Origin: the human T2T-CHM13v2.0 reference genome, Homo sapiens
Length of the DNA: 64,000 nucleotides
NCBI RefSeq assembly: GCF_009914755.1
Contig: NC_060942.1
Direction: 5' to 3' (one strand)
The position numbers were made by a program, and so were the translations under genes. Below are positions 1 through 13,877 of the stretch, one piece after another; within the stretch, counting starts at the first letter, position 1, and the number at the start of each line of letters is the position of its first letter. The notes under the pieces are model-generated. The model was not told where the DNA came from. It worked only from the letters and a program-made list of their open reading frames with translations, and did no database searches.

Positions 1-234
1 CATGGCAGAAAGCAAAGGAGGAGCAAAGGCATGTCTTAGATGGCAGCAGGCAAAAGAGCTTGTGCAGGAGAACTCCCATTATGAAACCAACAGAGACTTA
101 TTCATTAACATGAGAACAGTATGGGGGAGACCGCCCCCATGATTCAATTATCTCCACCCAGCCCTGCCCTTGACATATTGGGATTATTACAATTCAAGGT
201 GAGCTTTGGGAGGGGAAACAGCCAGACCATATCA
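1..234 (-). mobile_element. THE1/MST-type MaLR LTR (partial, window edge)
   Basis: Reverse complement of the MaLR LTR 5' end (...cccccatgattcaattatctccacc...cagccagaccatatca). Confidence 0.85.
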
Positions 235-368
235 CAGTCCCATAATCTCTTTTGTAGTGATAAAAATCACAAATTTGAACCATTCATGATATTTTCTTAT
301 ACTATGATTTATGAAAGATTTATGGAAGATTTACTTATTTCATTTTGTATCTCCTCCACCTTCACTAT

Positions 369-753
369 TGCAATGGATTAAATGGTTGTTTTTCTCCCCC
401 CACCCAAATTCATATGTCAAAATCCTAACCCACAATGTATGGTACTAGGAGGTGGGGTCTTTGGGAGCTAATTACATCATGAGACTGGAGCCCATGTGAA
501 TGAGATTAGCACCCTTATAAAAAAGACCCCAGAGAACTCTCTTGCTCTTTATCTATTGTGTGAGGATGTAAAGAAAAGACGGCAGTCTGCAAGTCAGAAG
601 AGGGTCCTCACAAGAATTCATCCATGCTGGCACTCTAATCTCATAGTTCTGAACTCAAGATCTGTGAGAAATAAATCTCTGTTGTTTATAAACCCATCCA
701 GCTTACAAAGTGCCTAGTCTATGGTACTTTGCTCTGGCAGCCCAAACTAAAAC
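369..753 (+). mobile_element. MLT1A-like MaLR LTR
   Basis: cccaaattcatatgt...ggaggtggggtctttggg...gtgagaaataaatctctgttgtttataa...tctatggtactttg, ending aaca. Confidence 0.8.
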
Positions 754-2049
754 AACTATATTTTCAAGAAAAAAAATATGCATGCACATACATCTATAAA
801 AGTCTTCCACCTGGTAACTCTGAAATAACTTTTACTTTAATGGTATTCATATAAGAAAGAAATGTATGAAGCCAAAATAAATCTCAAAATTAAGGGGGAA
901 TATTACTTAGCAAAATGCATGTTTGCTTTGCCAAAGCCTGAAACTTTTTTCTTTTTAAGCAAATTGAAAACCTCAAAGATTTCAACATTTTTTATTACTT
1001 ATCCCAGCAAAATCATTCAGACCACTTATTTTTAAAATTAAACAGTCACTAATTTATTTCACTTTTATGCAGTTAAGATAGGAAGTGGAGGTCAATTGGA
1101 AAATAGAATTACAGGAATAGGACCATCATGAAATGATTTTTTTAATTTATTACCATTCAGAGCATCTATACTTGTTTGTCACACATTCAGAAGAATGGAA
1201 GAAAGGAGGGTAGAGAATGAGTCATATGCATTGAAAATTATTATTCAGTTTTAAAATGAGTGCCCAAAACTATAGACACTGTACGACCCTGAATTTGAAT
1301 ATTTTACATTTCATTCTTCTATTAAAATTCATTTCATTGAGAACAAAAAGAAAACAAGAAAAAATAAGAAGATAAGCATCTTCAGAGAAACAACTATAGC
1401 CCGAAACCAAAAACTGAGAAGCAAACCTTCCAAATACTGTTATATTTCAACTAAAACAAGGAGTGATCAGAGTGAGTGCTTTCACATGTATAATCAGTAC
1501 GTGTTCAGGATGGTCATTTTTTCCAGATATCATTGCCGCTACTCTGGGAGATGTAACTCAAAAACTATTTTTCTTAAAATTGTTAGATTTTATGGAATAA
1601 TGTGACCATGATATTAATAAAAGTAGGAAAGTCACTATAGAGTAACTCAGTGTTGTCTAACCATAAAATGGAAAGAATTTGAAGTTGTGAGAGAATTCAG
1701 GCTGATGTACTCTGTTCATTTCATATACTCTGAGTTCCAAACAGAATGAAGCTCACAGAAGTGGAAAGGAGCAAAAGAGAAAAGAATTAACCAGCATGTG
1801 ATAATATAGAGATTAGAAATGTAGATTTAGAAACCTAGGAATCTAAATCTGAGCCACATTACCTTTAGAAAAGTGAATGCTGATAGGAGGAGAAACAATT
1901 ATCCAGTACTTAGGGAGTAAGAAAATAGTGTGACGGTATTCCATTACAAAAACATGGATTTAAAAAAAGATACAAATTGCAATGCCACCCCACTCCTGCC
2001 CCAGAGGATCCCTTAGCTAATACCTGGATCTGTTCTACGAGGAATGCAG

Positions 2050-3960
2050 AGAGAAAAAAATCAGTAAAATATATATGCCTGGTGTTCTATTTTCTAAATA
2101 TGAAAATGAACAAAAAGCATAAACAAGATGCAGTTACTAAAACTACATCACAAGTAGAATTACCAAAGTAATCAGAGAACAAATTGAAGTTACCTTAATC
2201 TCAATTTAGAAATTGAAGTGAACAACTAAGGAATTATGTAAGAAAGAAATACATAGGCACTATACATCAGCAATTACATCCAGAAAAATAGTGAATATCT
2301 AGAAGAAACCATACAAAAGTAAATTATATGAAAAGACAAAGGCATAATAAAAATCCTTAATATGGTGTTGGTAAATATAGATGCATGACAATGGAGACTC
2401 AACCTCTGCCTACTTGATGTTTTGAAGAATAAGAAAGAACATTAACATTGGAAACATTACTTGTTGAAAACTTCAAAGAGATAAAATGACACTTGAATCT
2501 ATAGATTAAAATAGCATTCTGTTTTTTAGACAAAAATATAGAGATACTGATCATCACTAAGACTGACTTTGATTCACTTACTAGATTTGAAGAATAAAGC
2601 AATAGGATAATTGTCATCTGGGCAGTTAAACAAGTCTCTGAGAATTCAACTGTTGCTGATGAAGAATTAATGATTACCAGAATTATGCAACTTTTGTAAA
2701 CGTTTAGAAATCCAGAACAAGTATATAAACTGTTTTTATTGCATGAAAAAAATAGGCAGCACAAAACTGTGATTTCTGAGAGAAAGAAAACAATATATAC
2801 CCTTTATAGTGCCAGCATACTTACTGAAAGTGATTTCCAGCCTCCAGCATGGTATGAGACAATCTGAGAGAGAATATCATGATTTGCTGAATTTAAGAGC
2901 AAGATATCAAAGTTTATGGAGGCCAAGGTGACTAGAATCATCAAGGCAGACTGACAGAGAGAAGAGGGCTGCACAGAGAGAGAACTGTGGAGATTTACGT
3001 AGAGGTTCTCTGGAGTCCTTGAGTGAGAACTGAACTGTGCCTACATAAAGTAAAACTCCATGAGATAGAAAAATGAGTCTTCATTAGCAATGGGCCAGAG
3101 AAATTCCTGGAGGTCATATGGGCCTTAGAAGAAACAGTATGTGCTCCAGCCAGAGTGAGAAACTTATAACATCAGATAGAGTTCTCAGAATAATCACACC
3201 TTAGTAGGGGGTGAATCAGCTCTAGAGTCAAGGCTTTGAAGCCATTATAATCACATTTAAAAGTAAACAATATCACCACTGATCTCAGATAACTGCATTT
3301 GAAAACAAAGTTCATCTCTCTTTAAATAAAACAAAATCCAGATCCTAACAATGTAGAATTCAGAATTTCCCTTAGACATTAAAAAAATAACAGAAAGGCA
3401 TATAAACAAAAAAATTCATCCAAAACAAGACAAAAAATTAACAGAAACAGACCAAGAAAAGACAGAAATTATGGGATTAGAAAATATTAAGCAGCTTAAC
3501 AACACACATAATTGAAATCCCAGGAAATTGGGGGAGGGCAAAAACTATTTGTAAAGGCAGTGGTTGAGATATTTTTAAAACTTGGTAAAACTATAAACCA
3601 ACAGGTAAAAGAAGTGCAGTGGAATCAAAGCAAAATGAATAAAAGGATTAAGTTGAAGAAAGTTGTTTTTAAAAAGAAAACTTAAAAACAGTTGGAGAAA
3701 AAGAGATGTATTATTGACAATGGAACCAATGTAATAACTACTTTTTATGATAAGCATGTATATCAGAAGACAGTAGCGCAACATTCTATTACTTAAAGCA
3801 AGAGAAACAAGTCAACCTGGAAATTCATTCATGTGAAAATTCTAAAAAAATCAAGAAATTTACAAAAATGAAAGCAAATAAAGCTATTTTGACAATAAGT
3901 AGCTGATAGATTTTATCAACAGCATACTGGTACTGAAAGAAATGGTAGACAAAAAGAAAG
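2050..3960 (+). mobile_element. Highly decayed L1M 5'UTR/ORF1-region fragments
   Basis: A-rich sense strand with old-L1 ORF1-like motifs (agagatgtattattgacaatgg, tcaacctggaaattc); boundaries approximate. Confidence 0.45.
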
Positions 3961-3979
3961 TAACAGGATGATAATTTAC

Positions 3980-4422
3980 TTTTTTTATTATTATACTTTA
4001 AGTTTTAGGGTACATGTGCACAACTTGCAGATTTGTTACATATGTATACATGTGCCATGTTGCTCTGCTGCACCCATTAACTCGTCATTTAACATTAGGT
4101 ATATCTCCTAATGCTATCCCTCCCCCCTCCCCCCACCCCACAACAGGCCCCGGTGTGTGATGTTCCCCTTCCTGTGTACATGTGTTCTCATTGTTCAATT
4201 CCCACCTATGAATGAGAACATGCAGTGTTTGGTTTTTTGTCCTTGTGATAGTTTGCTGAGAATGATGGTTTCCTGCTTCATCCATGTCCCTATAAAGGAC
4301 ATGAACTCATCATTTTTTATGGCTGCATAGTATTCCATGGTGCCTATGTGTCACATTTTCTTAATCCGTTCTATCATTGTTGGACATGGGGGAAAGGATT
4401 CCTATTTAATAAATGGTGCTGG
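3980..4422 (-). mobile_element. L1PA4-like 3' end, 5'-truncated, with a ~35 bp inverted ORF2 piece
   Basis: Poly(T) plus L1PA 3'UTR (ttatactttaagttttagggtacatgtgcac) on - from 3980 to ~4387. Then sense ORF2 ggggaaaggattcctatttaataaatggtgctgg. TSD gataatttac at 3970-3979 and 4423-4432. Confidence 0.92.
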
Positions 4423-4473
4423 GATAATTTACATTTTTAAAAAGAAATGACTCATGTTAGAAATAATACATAG

Positions 4474-4826
<353 letters not shown>

Positions 4827-4965
4827 TTAAAGGTAATGGATTATTTAAAACCAAAATAACAATTATTTCTGTGGTATTCAAAATATATATAAAGAAAGGA
4901 GGAAAACCCTATGACAGTAGGGCAAAGAACTGTAGAGAGAAAATGGATAGACAGTTATAATATTT

Positions 4966-6143
4966 GTTTTTTTATTTGAACATTTATTTTAAATTTATGG
5001 AACACATGTACAGGTTTGTTACATGGATATATTGCGTGATGCTGAGGTTGGTGGTACAGTTGAGACCATCTCCCAGGTACTGAGCATAGTACCTAACAGA
5101 CAGTTTTTCAACCCCAGCCTCCCTCCCTGCCTTCCTCTCCCTCTAGCAGTGTCCAGTTTCTATTGTTGCCATTTTTATGTCCATGAGTACCCCGTGTTTA
5201 ACTCCCATTTACACGTGAGAACATGTGGTATTTGATTTTCTGTTTCTGCATTAATTCACTTAAGATAATGGCCGCAAGTTGCATCCATGTTGCTGCAAAT
5301 AGATGGTTTTTTTCTTTATTATGGCTGTGTAGTATTCCATAGTGTATATGTACCATATTCTCTTTATCCAATCCACTGCTGATGGGCACTTAGGTTGATT
5401 CCATATCTTTGCTATTGGGAACAGTGCTACAGTGAACATACAAGTGCATGTGTCTTTTTGGTAGAATAGTTTATTTTCTTATGGATATATAACCAGAAAT
5501 GGGATTATTAAGTCAAATGGTCGTTCTGTTTTAAGCTCTTTGAGAAATCTCCAAACTACTTTCCCCATTGGCTGAACTAATTTACCTTCCCATCAACAGT
5601 GTATAAACCTTCCCCTTCTTCTATAGCCTTGGCAGGAACTTTTCAATAAAAGATATTATTAAACGTTTTTGGAATTTTTATTAATAGCCATTCTGGCTAG
5701 TGTGAGATGATATCTCATCTTGGTTTTGATTTACATTTCTCTGAGATTAGTGATTACGAGCATTTTTTTCATGTTTATTAGCCACTTGTATGCCTTCTTT
5801 TGAGAAGTATCTGTTCATGGTTTTGCTCACTTTTAAAATTAAGTTATTTGTTTTTTTGCTTGTTTAATTGTTTAAGTTCCTTATAGATTCAAGATATGAG
5901 ACTTTTATTGAACACATTGTTTGTGAATATTTTCGCCCATGCTGTGGGGTGTTTGCTTATGCTGTTGATAGTTTCTTTTACTGTGCAGAAGCTCTTTAGT
6001 TTAATTAGGTCCCACGTGTCAATTTTTGTTTTGTTGAAATTGCTTTTGAGGACTTAGTCATAAATTCTTTCCCAAGGCTGATTTTCTGAATGGTGTTTCC
6101 TAGCATTACTTCTAGGATTCTTATAGTTTGAGGTCTTACATTT
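4966..6143 (-). mobile_element. Older L1PA (L1PA13-16-like) 3' end
   Basis: catgtacaggtttgttacatggatatattgcgtgatgctgagg 3'UTR followed by antisense ORF2 3' sequence (tgtgcagaagctctttagtttaattagg). Confidence 0.85.
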
Positions 6144-6270
6144 CAGGATTATAGGTTGCTGGGTTTTAGTATCATGGTAATGCTGGCTTCAGAATTGCAA
6201 TATTTTAAAACTATATAGCAGGTATTATAAATATTATTTGAAGGTTGAGTGTTTTAAGTTAAAAAAATGT

Positions 6271-7645
<1,375 letters not shown>

Positions 7646-7659
7646 TATTTTATGAGCCC

Positions 7660-8320
7660 TATATCAATCATTAAAATTAAAACAAAATGGAATGGTTAAA
7701 AGTTAATAGTGGAGATAAAAGCGGATCTTAAAAACTAAATTCTCAATTCAAAAGAAGGCAGAAAAAGGGGGAAAATGAACAGAAATGATGAGATATTTAG
7801 AAAACATATAGCAAGAGAGTAGTTATACATCCAATCATATTGATAATTACATTAAATTGACAAAATATTCTTATTAAAAGGCAGAGATCATAAGACAGGA
7901 TTAAAAACACTGACTCAACTATATGCTCTTTATAAGAAACTTACTTGAACCAAAAAAAAAAAAAAGAAAAACAAACAAACCAAAACCCACTAAAACTGTG
8001 ATGAGCAAAGTAGACATCAGAACAGGAAATATCACTGGGGATGAAGAATAACATTTCATAATGACAAAGGGGAAAATACTCCAAGAAGACATGTAAATAA
8101 TAAATATGTATGCACACAATAGCATTACTTCAAAATACATAATATAAAACCTATTAAAACTGAAAGGTAAAATAGTAAAACCACAGTCATCCATGGGGAT
8201 TTCAACAGTCTCCTGCCAGAAATTTTTAAAATTTGTTAAACAAAAAATTGGTAAGGGTAGAGAGGATCTTAAAAATATAATTAGTCAACTTGATCTAATT
8301 GAATCTTTTAGAATAATCTA
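7660..8320 (+). mobile_element. Old L1M fragment (inter-ORF and ORF2 endonuclease region)
   Basis: taattacattaaa...aaggcagagat...aactatatgctctttataagaaac...ggggatttcaaca: decayed EN-coding motifs. Confidence 0.7.
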
Positions 8321-8965
8321 AGGATGAGGGATGAGGTAGCAGAGAAAGAAAGGCAGACATCAACGTGACATTAGTGTTTCAAGGCTATGAGAATACACCA
8401 ATAATCGTGTGTGTGTGTGTGTGCAGATGGTAAGCTCAATCTTAAAAATGTTGAGTTTTAACTGACAATTCATTATTAGGAAAGATAAGAGGAGATGATA
8501 TCTAGGGAGAGGCTATATGACTGAACTCTAAGAGAAAGGTCACAGCAGAAATTGTGTACTTGACAGCTCTATAAGGTCAGTCAAAAATAAGTCAGTGATG
8601 AATTCTCTGGTGTAAAAGCAGAGGAATGAGGATTAGATTTAAAACACATGGAAGCACAGTGACTTATGATAAAAACATGAGCTTGAAAATCCTGCAGACA
8701 GGGCTTTAAATCCTGGGTATGATATTCTGCTTGTGTAGGCAATAGTGATAAAAACACAACAACAAAGAGAGGTAAAGAGCACTTTCCTTTGATATAAGTA
8801 AAGGGCACGACTTATTGCCCATATATATATAGGTATTCAACTGAGATTCAACATGTTTCTCTCATTGAAACAGCAAGCTCTCCAGGCCTTCATGTTCCCA
8901 GTGAGGTAGGTACTCTTCTGATGATTATACTAACCCTCCCTCATTACAAAGCTCCCATTGTTATT

Positions 8966-9420
8966 GTCTTGGCTCTGGATTCCCTCAAAAATAGATGATG
9001 AAACAAATATCTGGGGTCAGATACTTTAATCAGAAATCGAGTGAGAAAGCACAGAAGTGGAGAAAATGAAACAGAACACGGAGCCAGTGTGAATGAGTAG
9101 TTACTGCTATGTGCTCAGTAATGATGGAGGTATGGAGATTGTCTCAAAATAACTTTACAGAGAGATGGGAATGCTGGAATCCCCATCTCTTATTGCTTAA
9201 GGATTGCCTTAGAATCATTAACTCTCCACCCCTAACTCCTTCTTTTTTCCTATGTGTGGTTGAGAAGCACTGGTTAGCCTCAAGAAGCTTGCAGGCAGGC
9301 CCAAAAATCAGAAAGACAGGCATGATGTGGGGAGCTCTCAGTTAGCTGGAAACAGGTGAATTTCAGGTGAACACATTGAGTCCAGGAGATAGAAGACAAG
9401 TCATCAACAATATCTGCTAT
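8966..9420 (-). mobile_element. LTR33/LTR16-like ERVL LTR
   Basis: Starts tgtcttggctctggattccctcaaaaatag, ends caacaatatctgcta; heavily diverged. Confidence 0.45.
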
Positions 9421-9460
9421 GGCCAGTTATCTTTTTCTTTTTAAGAATATATATACTTTT

Positions 9461-10083
9461 TATTGGGGGTCCCCAAGTCCCCCTTTGGTTTAATGATTCA
9501 CATAACTCAAGAAAGCTGATTTTTTTTTGTGGTTATAGTTTCTAACAGTGAAAGAAACAAGATTAAAATAATCAGAAGCATAAAAGCACATAAAGTTGAG
9601 TCCAGGACAAACCAGATGTGAGCTTACAGGTGTCCTTTCATAGTGGGGACTTCACACTGACTAATTTTCTTTACAATGGTGTGAGACAACATGTGTGAAC
9701 TTGTTGCCAACTAGGGAAGCTCAGTCAGTCTTGAGTCCAGGGTTTTCATTAGGATTCCACCACATATGCATCGAGCGTCCTGTGACTGAACTTAGCTACT
9801 TAGTTCCCAACCTCCCTATGCCCTAAGAGAGGTCATATTAATATGGCATTACACAAAGTCATACGCATACAGAAACAGGTGCTCACAAGAAATCACGTTG
9901 TTAGCATCAGCTATTTGGTAGGACCTACGTTTTCAGGTATACAAAGACTCTCATCAGGCAGCATATACCAAGGGCTCATAGGTTATCATCTCCCAGGAGC
10001 TTGTCGAGGGCCAGTCCTGAAGACCTTTGGAATGCACAAGGTTTTGGAAAGCCATGTCTGCAGAATTAACCCTTCATTACACA
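9461..10083 (-). mobile_element. MER21-like LTR
   Basis: gggggtccccaagtcc...gtttaatgattcac...ttctaacagtgaaagaaacaagattaaaat...ccagtcctgaagacctttggaatgcac...gaattaacccttcattacaca. Confidence 0.7.
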
Positions 10084-10453
10084 CCTTCCAAGAATTTTTT
10101 TTTATCTTTAAAAATGTTTTTTGATCTTTGACAATGTACCAACCAAGACTGAGTAATTAGTAACAACAGTGTACTCCTGAGTACTTGCACCTGCAAGGAG
10201 AAAGAGGACAGATGCACTTACATAGGACAGATGCAAATAGACACCACTATGACAAGTTAAGCTGGAATAATCAATAAATTCCTAAAGACAAAGTGGGGCT
10301 GCTCAGATTGGGAGACTGCTGACAGCTGCAGAAGTTGGGAAAGATCCATCATCTTGAAAACTTTTTCCCCACAAACCCACTGTGATCTCTCAAGCAATTG
10401 GTAAGGAATCCAAGAGAGTCTGTATATGATACAGATCAGGGAGAGCAGAACAC

Positions 10454-10733
10454 TTGGGAGGTGACCAGGTCTTGGGGGCTGAGCCCTTATGAATGGGATT
10501 AGTGCCTTTATAAAAGAAGCTCAATGGAATTCTTGTGTGCCTTCCACTATGTGAGGACATAGAAAGAAGACACCATCTATGAACCATGAAATGGGCTCTC
10601 ATCAACACTGAATTTGTGAGCATCTTGACCTGAGATCTTACAGCCTCAAGAAGTGTGAAAAAAGAAATATCTGTTGTTTTTTAGTCACCCGGTTTATGTT
10701 ATTTTGTTATAAGAGTCCAAATAGACCAAGATA
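10454..10733 (+). mobile_element. MLT1A-like LTR fragment (copy A)
   Basis: gagcccttatgaatgggattagtgcctttataaaaga...tgtgaggacatag...ttattttgttata. Confidence 0.75.
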
Positions 10734-10949
10734 TTCCACTTAATATGTAGGGGAAGGCAACAAAAACTGCCACACTTAGAATACTCCTGATGCTGGAAGT
10801 ATGAAAACAGGAAAAACAAAACAAAACTGCTCTTGAAGGTGAAGGAGGAATATCACTGAGCTCACCAACACAGCCAGGAAAAGAACAGAAGTGTGAGAAG
10901 GCTACATTCCTGAGACCCTGAGAAAAAGTACCTGCATAAGACTGAGATG

Positions 10950-11620
10950 AAATTACCTACCCTAGTTATAATTGAAATCCCAAAAAGAAAAGAGGAAAAA
11001 ATAATGGAGCAAAAGAAATATTTTTCAAAATAACTGCCAAAAATATTCTAAAAGAAGTGACAGAAAATCAAACTTCAGATATAGGAAACTCAGAGAATGT
11101 CAAATAGAACAAAAATAAATAAGAATTAAATCTTGAAAAATCTTTAAAAAATCAACTCTAAATTTTATATCTTGCTCCAAATATATAGAGATATAAATAG
11201 GTTATCATCAAGATATGGAGAAAGCCATATCATGGAAACACTAAAATAAAGCTGTGGAAGGACTACATTGATATTAGACACAACAGAGTTCAGAACAAGA
11301 AATAGTATCAGAAATGAGAGATAATAGATAATATAATAATTCTCAAGAAGATGTAAACATCCTACTAATTAGGGTATGCAGCTAACAATAGATCCTCCAA
11401 ATACATGAGGTAAAACAGGAAAGAAATCAAAGGTGAACTAGAAAAATCCAAAATTATATTTGCAGACTTCAACACTTTTGTCTTAGTAATGGACAGACTA
11501 GGCACAAACTCAGTAATCATATGGAAGATAAGAACAACAACATTACCAACAAGATATCCAATCTTCAATGGCAGATACTCTTTCAAGTGAAAAAAAAAAC
11601 AGTATGGCATATTCTCCAAC
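10950..11620 (+). mobile_element. Decayed L1M fragments (copy A)
   Basis: ORF1/EN-like motifs (aaacttcagatataggaaactcagagaatgtcaaatag, gcagacttcaacactttt). Confidence 0.55.
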
Positions 11621-11644
11621 AAACCCAGAATTTCTAATATTTGC

Positions 11645-12118
11645 GGTCTTCCTTCCTTCTTTCCATCTTCCTTTCTCTTCTCTTCCCTTGCCTACTTCCT
11701 TCCTTTTCCTTTTTCTTTCTTTTCCTTTCTTTTTTTCTCCTTCCTTCCCCTTATTCTTCCTTCCCTCCTCCCTCCCTTCCTTTCTCCCTCCCTTCTTTTC
11801 TTCCTTCTTTTCTCTTATTCTTTCTTTCGCACTTTCTTTCCTTTTTTTCTCCCTTCCTCCCTACTTTTCTTCCTTCCTCCCTCCCTTCCTTTTTTCCTTC
11901 TGTTTTTCTTTGTTTCTTTGCCTTCCTCCCTTTTACCATTCTCTCTTCCTCCTTTCCTTCCTCCCTTCCTCCTTCCTTTCTCACTTTCTTTCTCTCTTTC
12001 TTTCTTGAGTTCTTGCTTTCTTTTTCTCCCTTCCTGCCTTTCTTCCTTCCTCCCTCCCTCTCATTTCCTCCTTTTCTTTCTTTCTTTCCTTCTTTTTTCT
12101 TTCTTTTCTTTCTCTTTA
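11645..12118 (+). repeat. CT-rich (CCTT/CTTT) polypyrimidine simple repeat
   Basis: Nearly pure C/T run of about 475 bp. Confidence 0.95.
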
Positions 12119-12206
12119 CTACAATTCATATTATTTAAAAAAAATTAAGAGAGGGAGGCAGAAAAATAAAGAACATTTTAATCTGCAGGTAAATAGATTA
12201 CGTCTG

Positions 12207-12327
12207 CTGTAGACAAAATAATGGCCTCCCCAAAATGTTCATGTTCTAATTCCCGGAGTCTAACATACAAATATGTTAGGTTGCATGGCAGTGGGAAATT
12301 AGATTTCAAATGAAATTAAGGTTGCAA
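12207..12327 (+). mobile_element. MLT1D-like LTR 5' part, cut off by a rearrangement junction
   Basis: Matches 55886-56005. The LTR continues in copy B but is replaced here by the GC repeat. Confidence 0.75.
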
Positions 12328-12572
12328 AGGCGGCGGGGGCAAAAAGCCATGGCAGGAAAAAGGCGCGGGGGCGGGGGCAAAAAGCCACCGTGGCAAGGGC
12401 AAAAAGCCGCAAAAAGCCGCGGCGGCGGGGGCAAAGAGCCCCAAAAAGCCGTGGCGGCGGGCGCAAAAATCCGCGGGGCCGGGGGCAGAAAGCCGCGGCG
12501 GCGGGGGCAAAAAGCAGCGGAGGCAAAAACCCGCGGCGGCGGCAGCAAAAAGTTGCATCCGCGGGAGCAAAA
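12324..12572 (+). repeat. GC-rich tandem repeat, unit ~GCAAAAAGCCGCGGCGGCGGGG (short copy)
   Basis: About 10 degenerate ~22-nt units; same family as 45134-45543. Confidence 0.95.
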
Positions 12573-12708
12573 TAGTGGAAATGGGGTAGAAGACCAGCAC
12601 AGCTTGGCATTCCTGGAGTGTGATGTGGAAGGAAAAGTGCAGCGGAAGACAAACAAAGATGTAAGTAGGCTTGACTCAGTGCAGCTAAGAACCCAGATGT
12701 TATCTTGA
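12571..12708 (+). repeat. Paralog of 45542-45684 (unique flank of the GC repeat)
   Basis: aatagtggaaatggggtagaag...gtaagtaggcttgactcagtgcagctaagaacccagatgttatcttga is present at both places. Confidence 0.95.
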
Positions 12709-12718
12709 TGTTATCTAT

Positions 12719-12845
12719 CAGCTAATTTTTTGTATTTTAGTAGAGAAGGGGTTTTACCACGTTGGCCAGGATGGTCTCGATCTCCTGACCTCATGATCCA
12801 CGCACCTCAGCCTCCCAAAGTGATGGGATTAGAGGCATGAGCCAC
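12719..12845 (-). mobile_element. Alu left-arm fragment (AluS/Y type), truncated at a junction
   Basis: cagctaattttttgtattttagtagag...ttggccaggatggtctcgatctcctgacctc...gagccac; no right arm. Confidence 0.9.
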
Positions 12846-13877
12846 AAAGTGCTCAAAAAATCTGTTAATTTAAAAAATGTGTATTTAGCCATCTTTAATC
12901 TACCATGTCCATTAGCAGATAAATAAGTAAAATAACAACAATGAAACAAACTTAGACTTAGAGTAGATACTCTGATTTATTTAATAAAAATTTGAAAGTA
13001 GACCAAATTATGATAAAAAAAATCTGTTACTATTGAGGATGAGGGTTAGTGTTTGGAAAGGGGCAGGAGAAGTATCACTATTTTTAGTAATGTTCTATTT
13101 TCATACATGGTTATAAGCAAATACATGTGTTTCATTAAGCTATCCATATTTAATCATTGTACTTTTCTGCATGTATGATATATGTCAATAAAATGTCTTA
13201 AATTATATACAGCAAAAATAGACAAAACCACAAGAAGACATACACGAATGTTAAACCTAGAGAGAAATTTGAATGTAAGTAAGTCTCTGAATGACTGCTA
13301 GAACAAACCGAAAAATAATCAGGATGGAGAGGTTTGGAACTGCATGATTAGCAAAATTGACATATCTGTCTTTTAGTATAGGCAGAAACATAGTTAGATT
13401 AAAAAAGGACTTGTCTCAGAGTGTGATTTCTGAAAATAGTGGAATCGAGTTTGAATCTAGTAAGTACATATAAATAAATGTCTTAAAACTCCTCTTATGT
13501 TAGCTAATTAAGAAATATTATTGTAATAGATATTAGAAAATATTTTAATAAATTGAGTGGATTTCACACGCTAAGGAAATGATCTTACTTGCATTTGATA
13601 GTTCAATTACATACATATATACCTATAGGTAGTTTAAAATATTTCTAAGAACCTTATATACTTTTAAAAAGCATTGATATCTGCTTGCATTATCTGGTCT
13701 ATAGAGTACACATACCAAACATGATTACAGCTCTCTGCTGTAAACTTCAAATGTCTAATTAATACAAAAATCTAGAATGAGAAGAGTTCTTTGCAATTTT
13801 TTTTTTCACCAAATAGAATATAGGAAATATAGCTGCAAATATACCTGACACACTTATTTGTGAGTATGGTGGTAGCC

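Larger units (their letters stand above)
10187..12327 (+). repeat. Segmental duplication copy A (direct paralog of 53707-56005)
   Basis: Collinear near-identity from gcacctgcaaggagaaagagg to gaaattaag(g/t)ttgcaa. The 77-aa ORFs at 10390 and 53910 differ by one residue. Confidence 0.98.

Noticed and set aside
10171-10184. gtactc-ct-gagtac hairpin beside the left duplication breakpoint
   Set aside because: A 6-bp stem is expected by chance, so there is no real evidence of a role.
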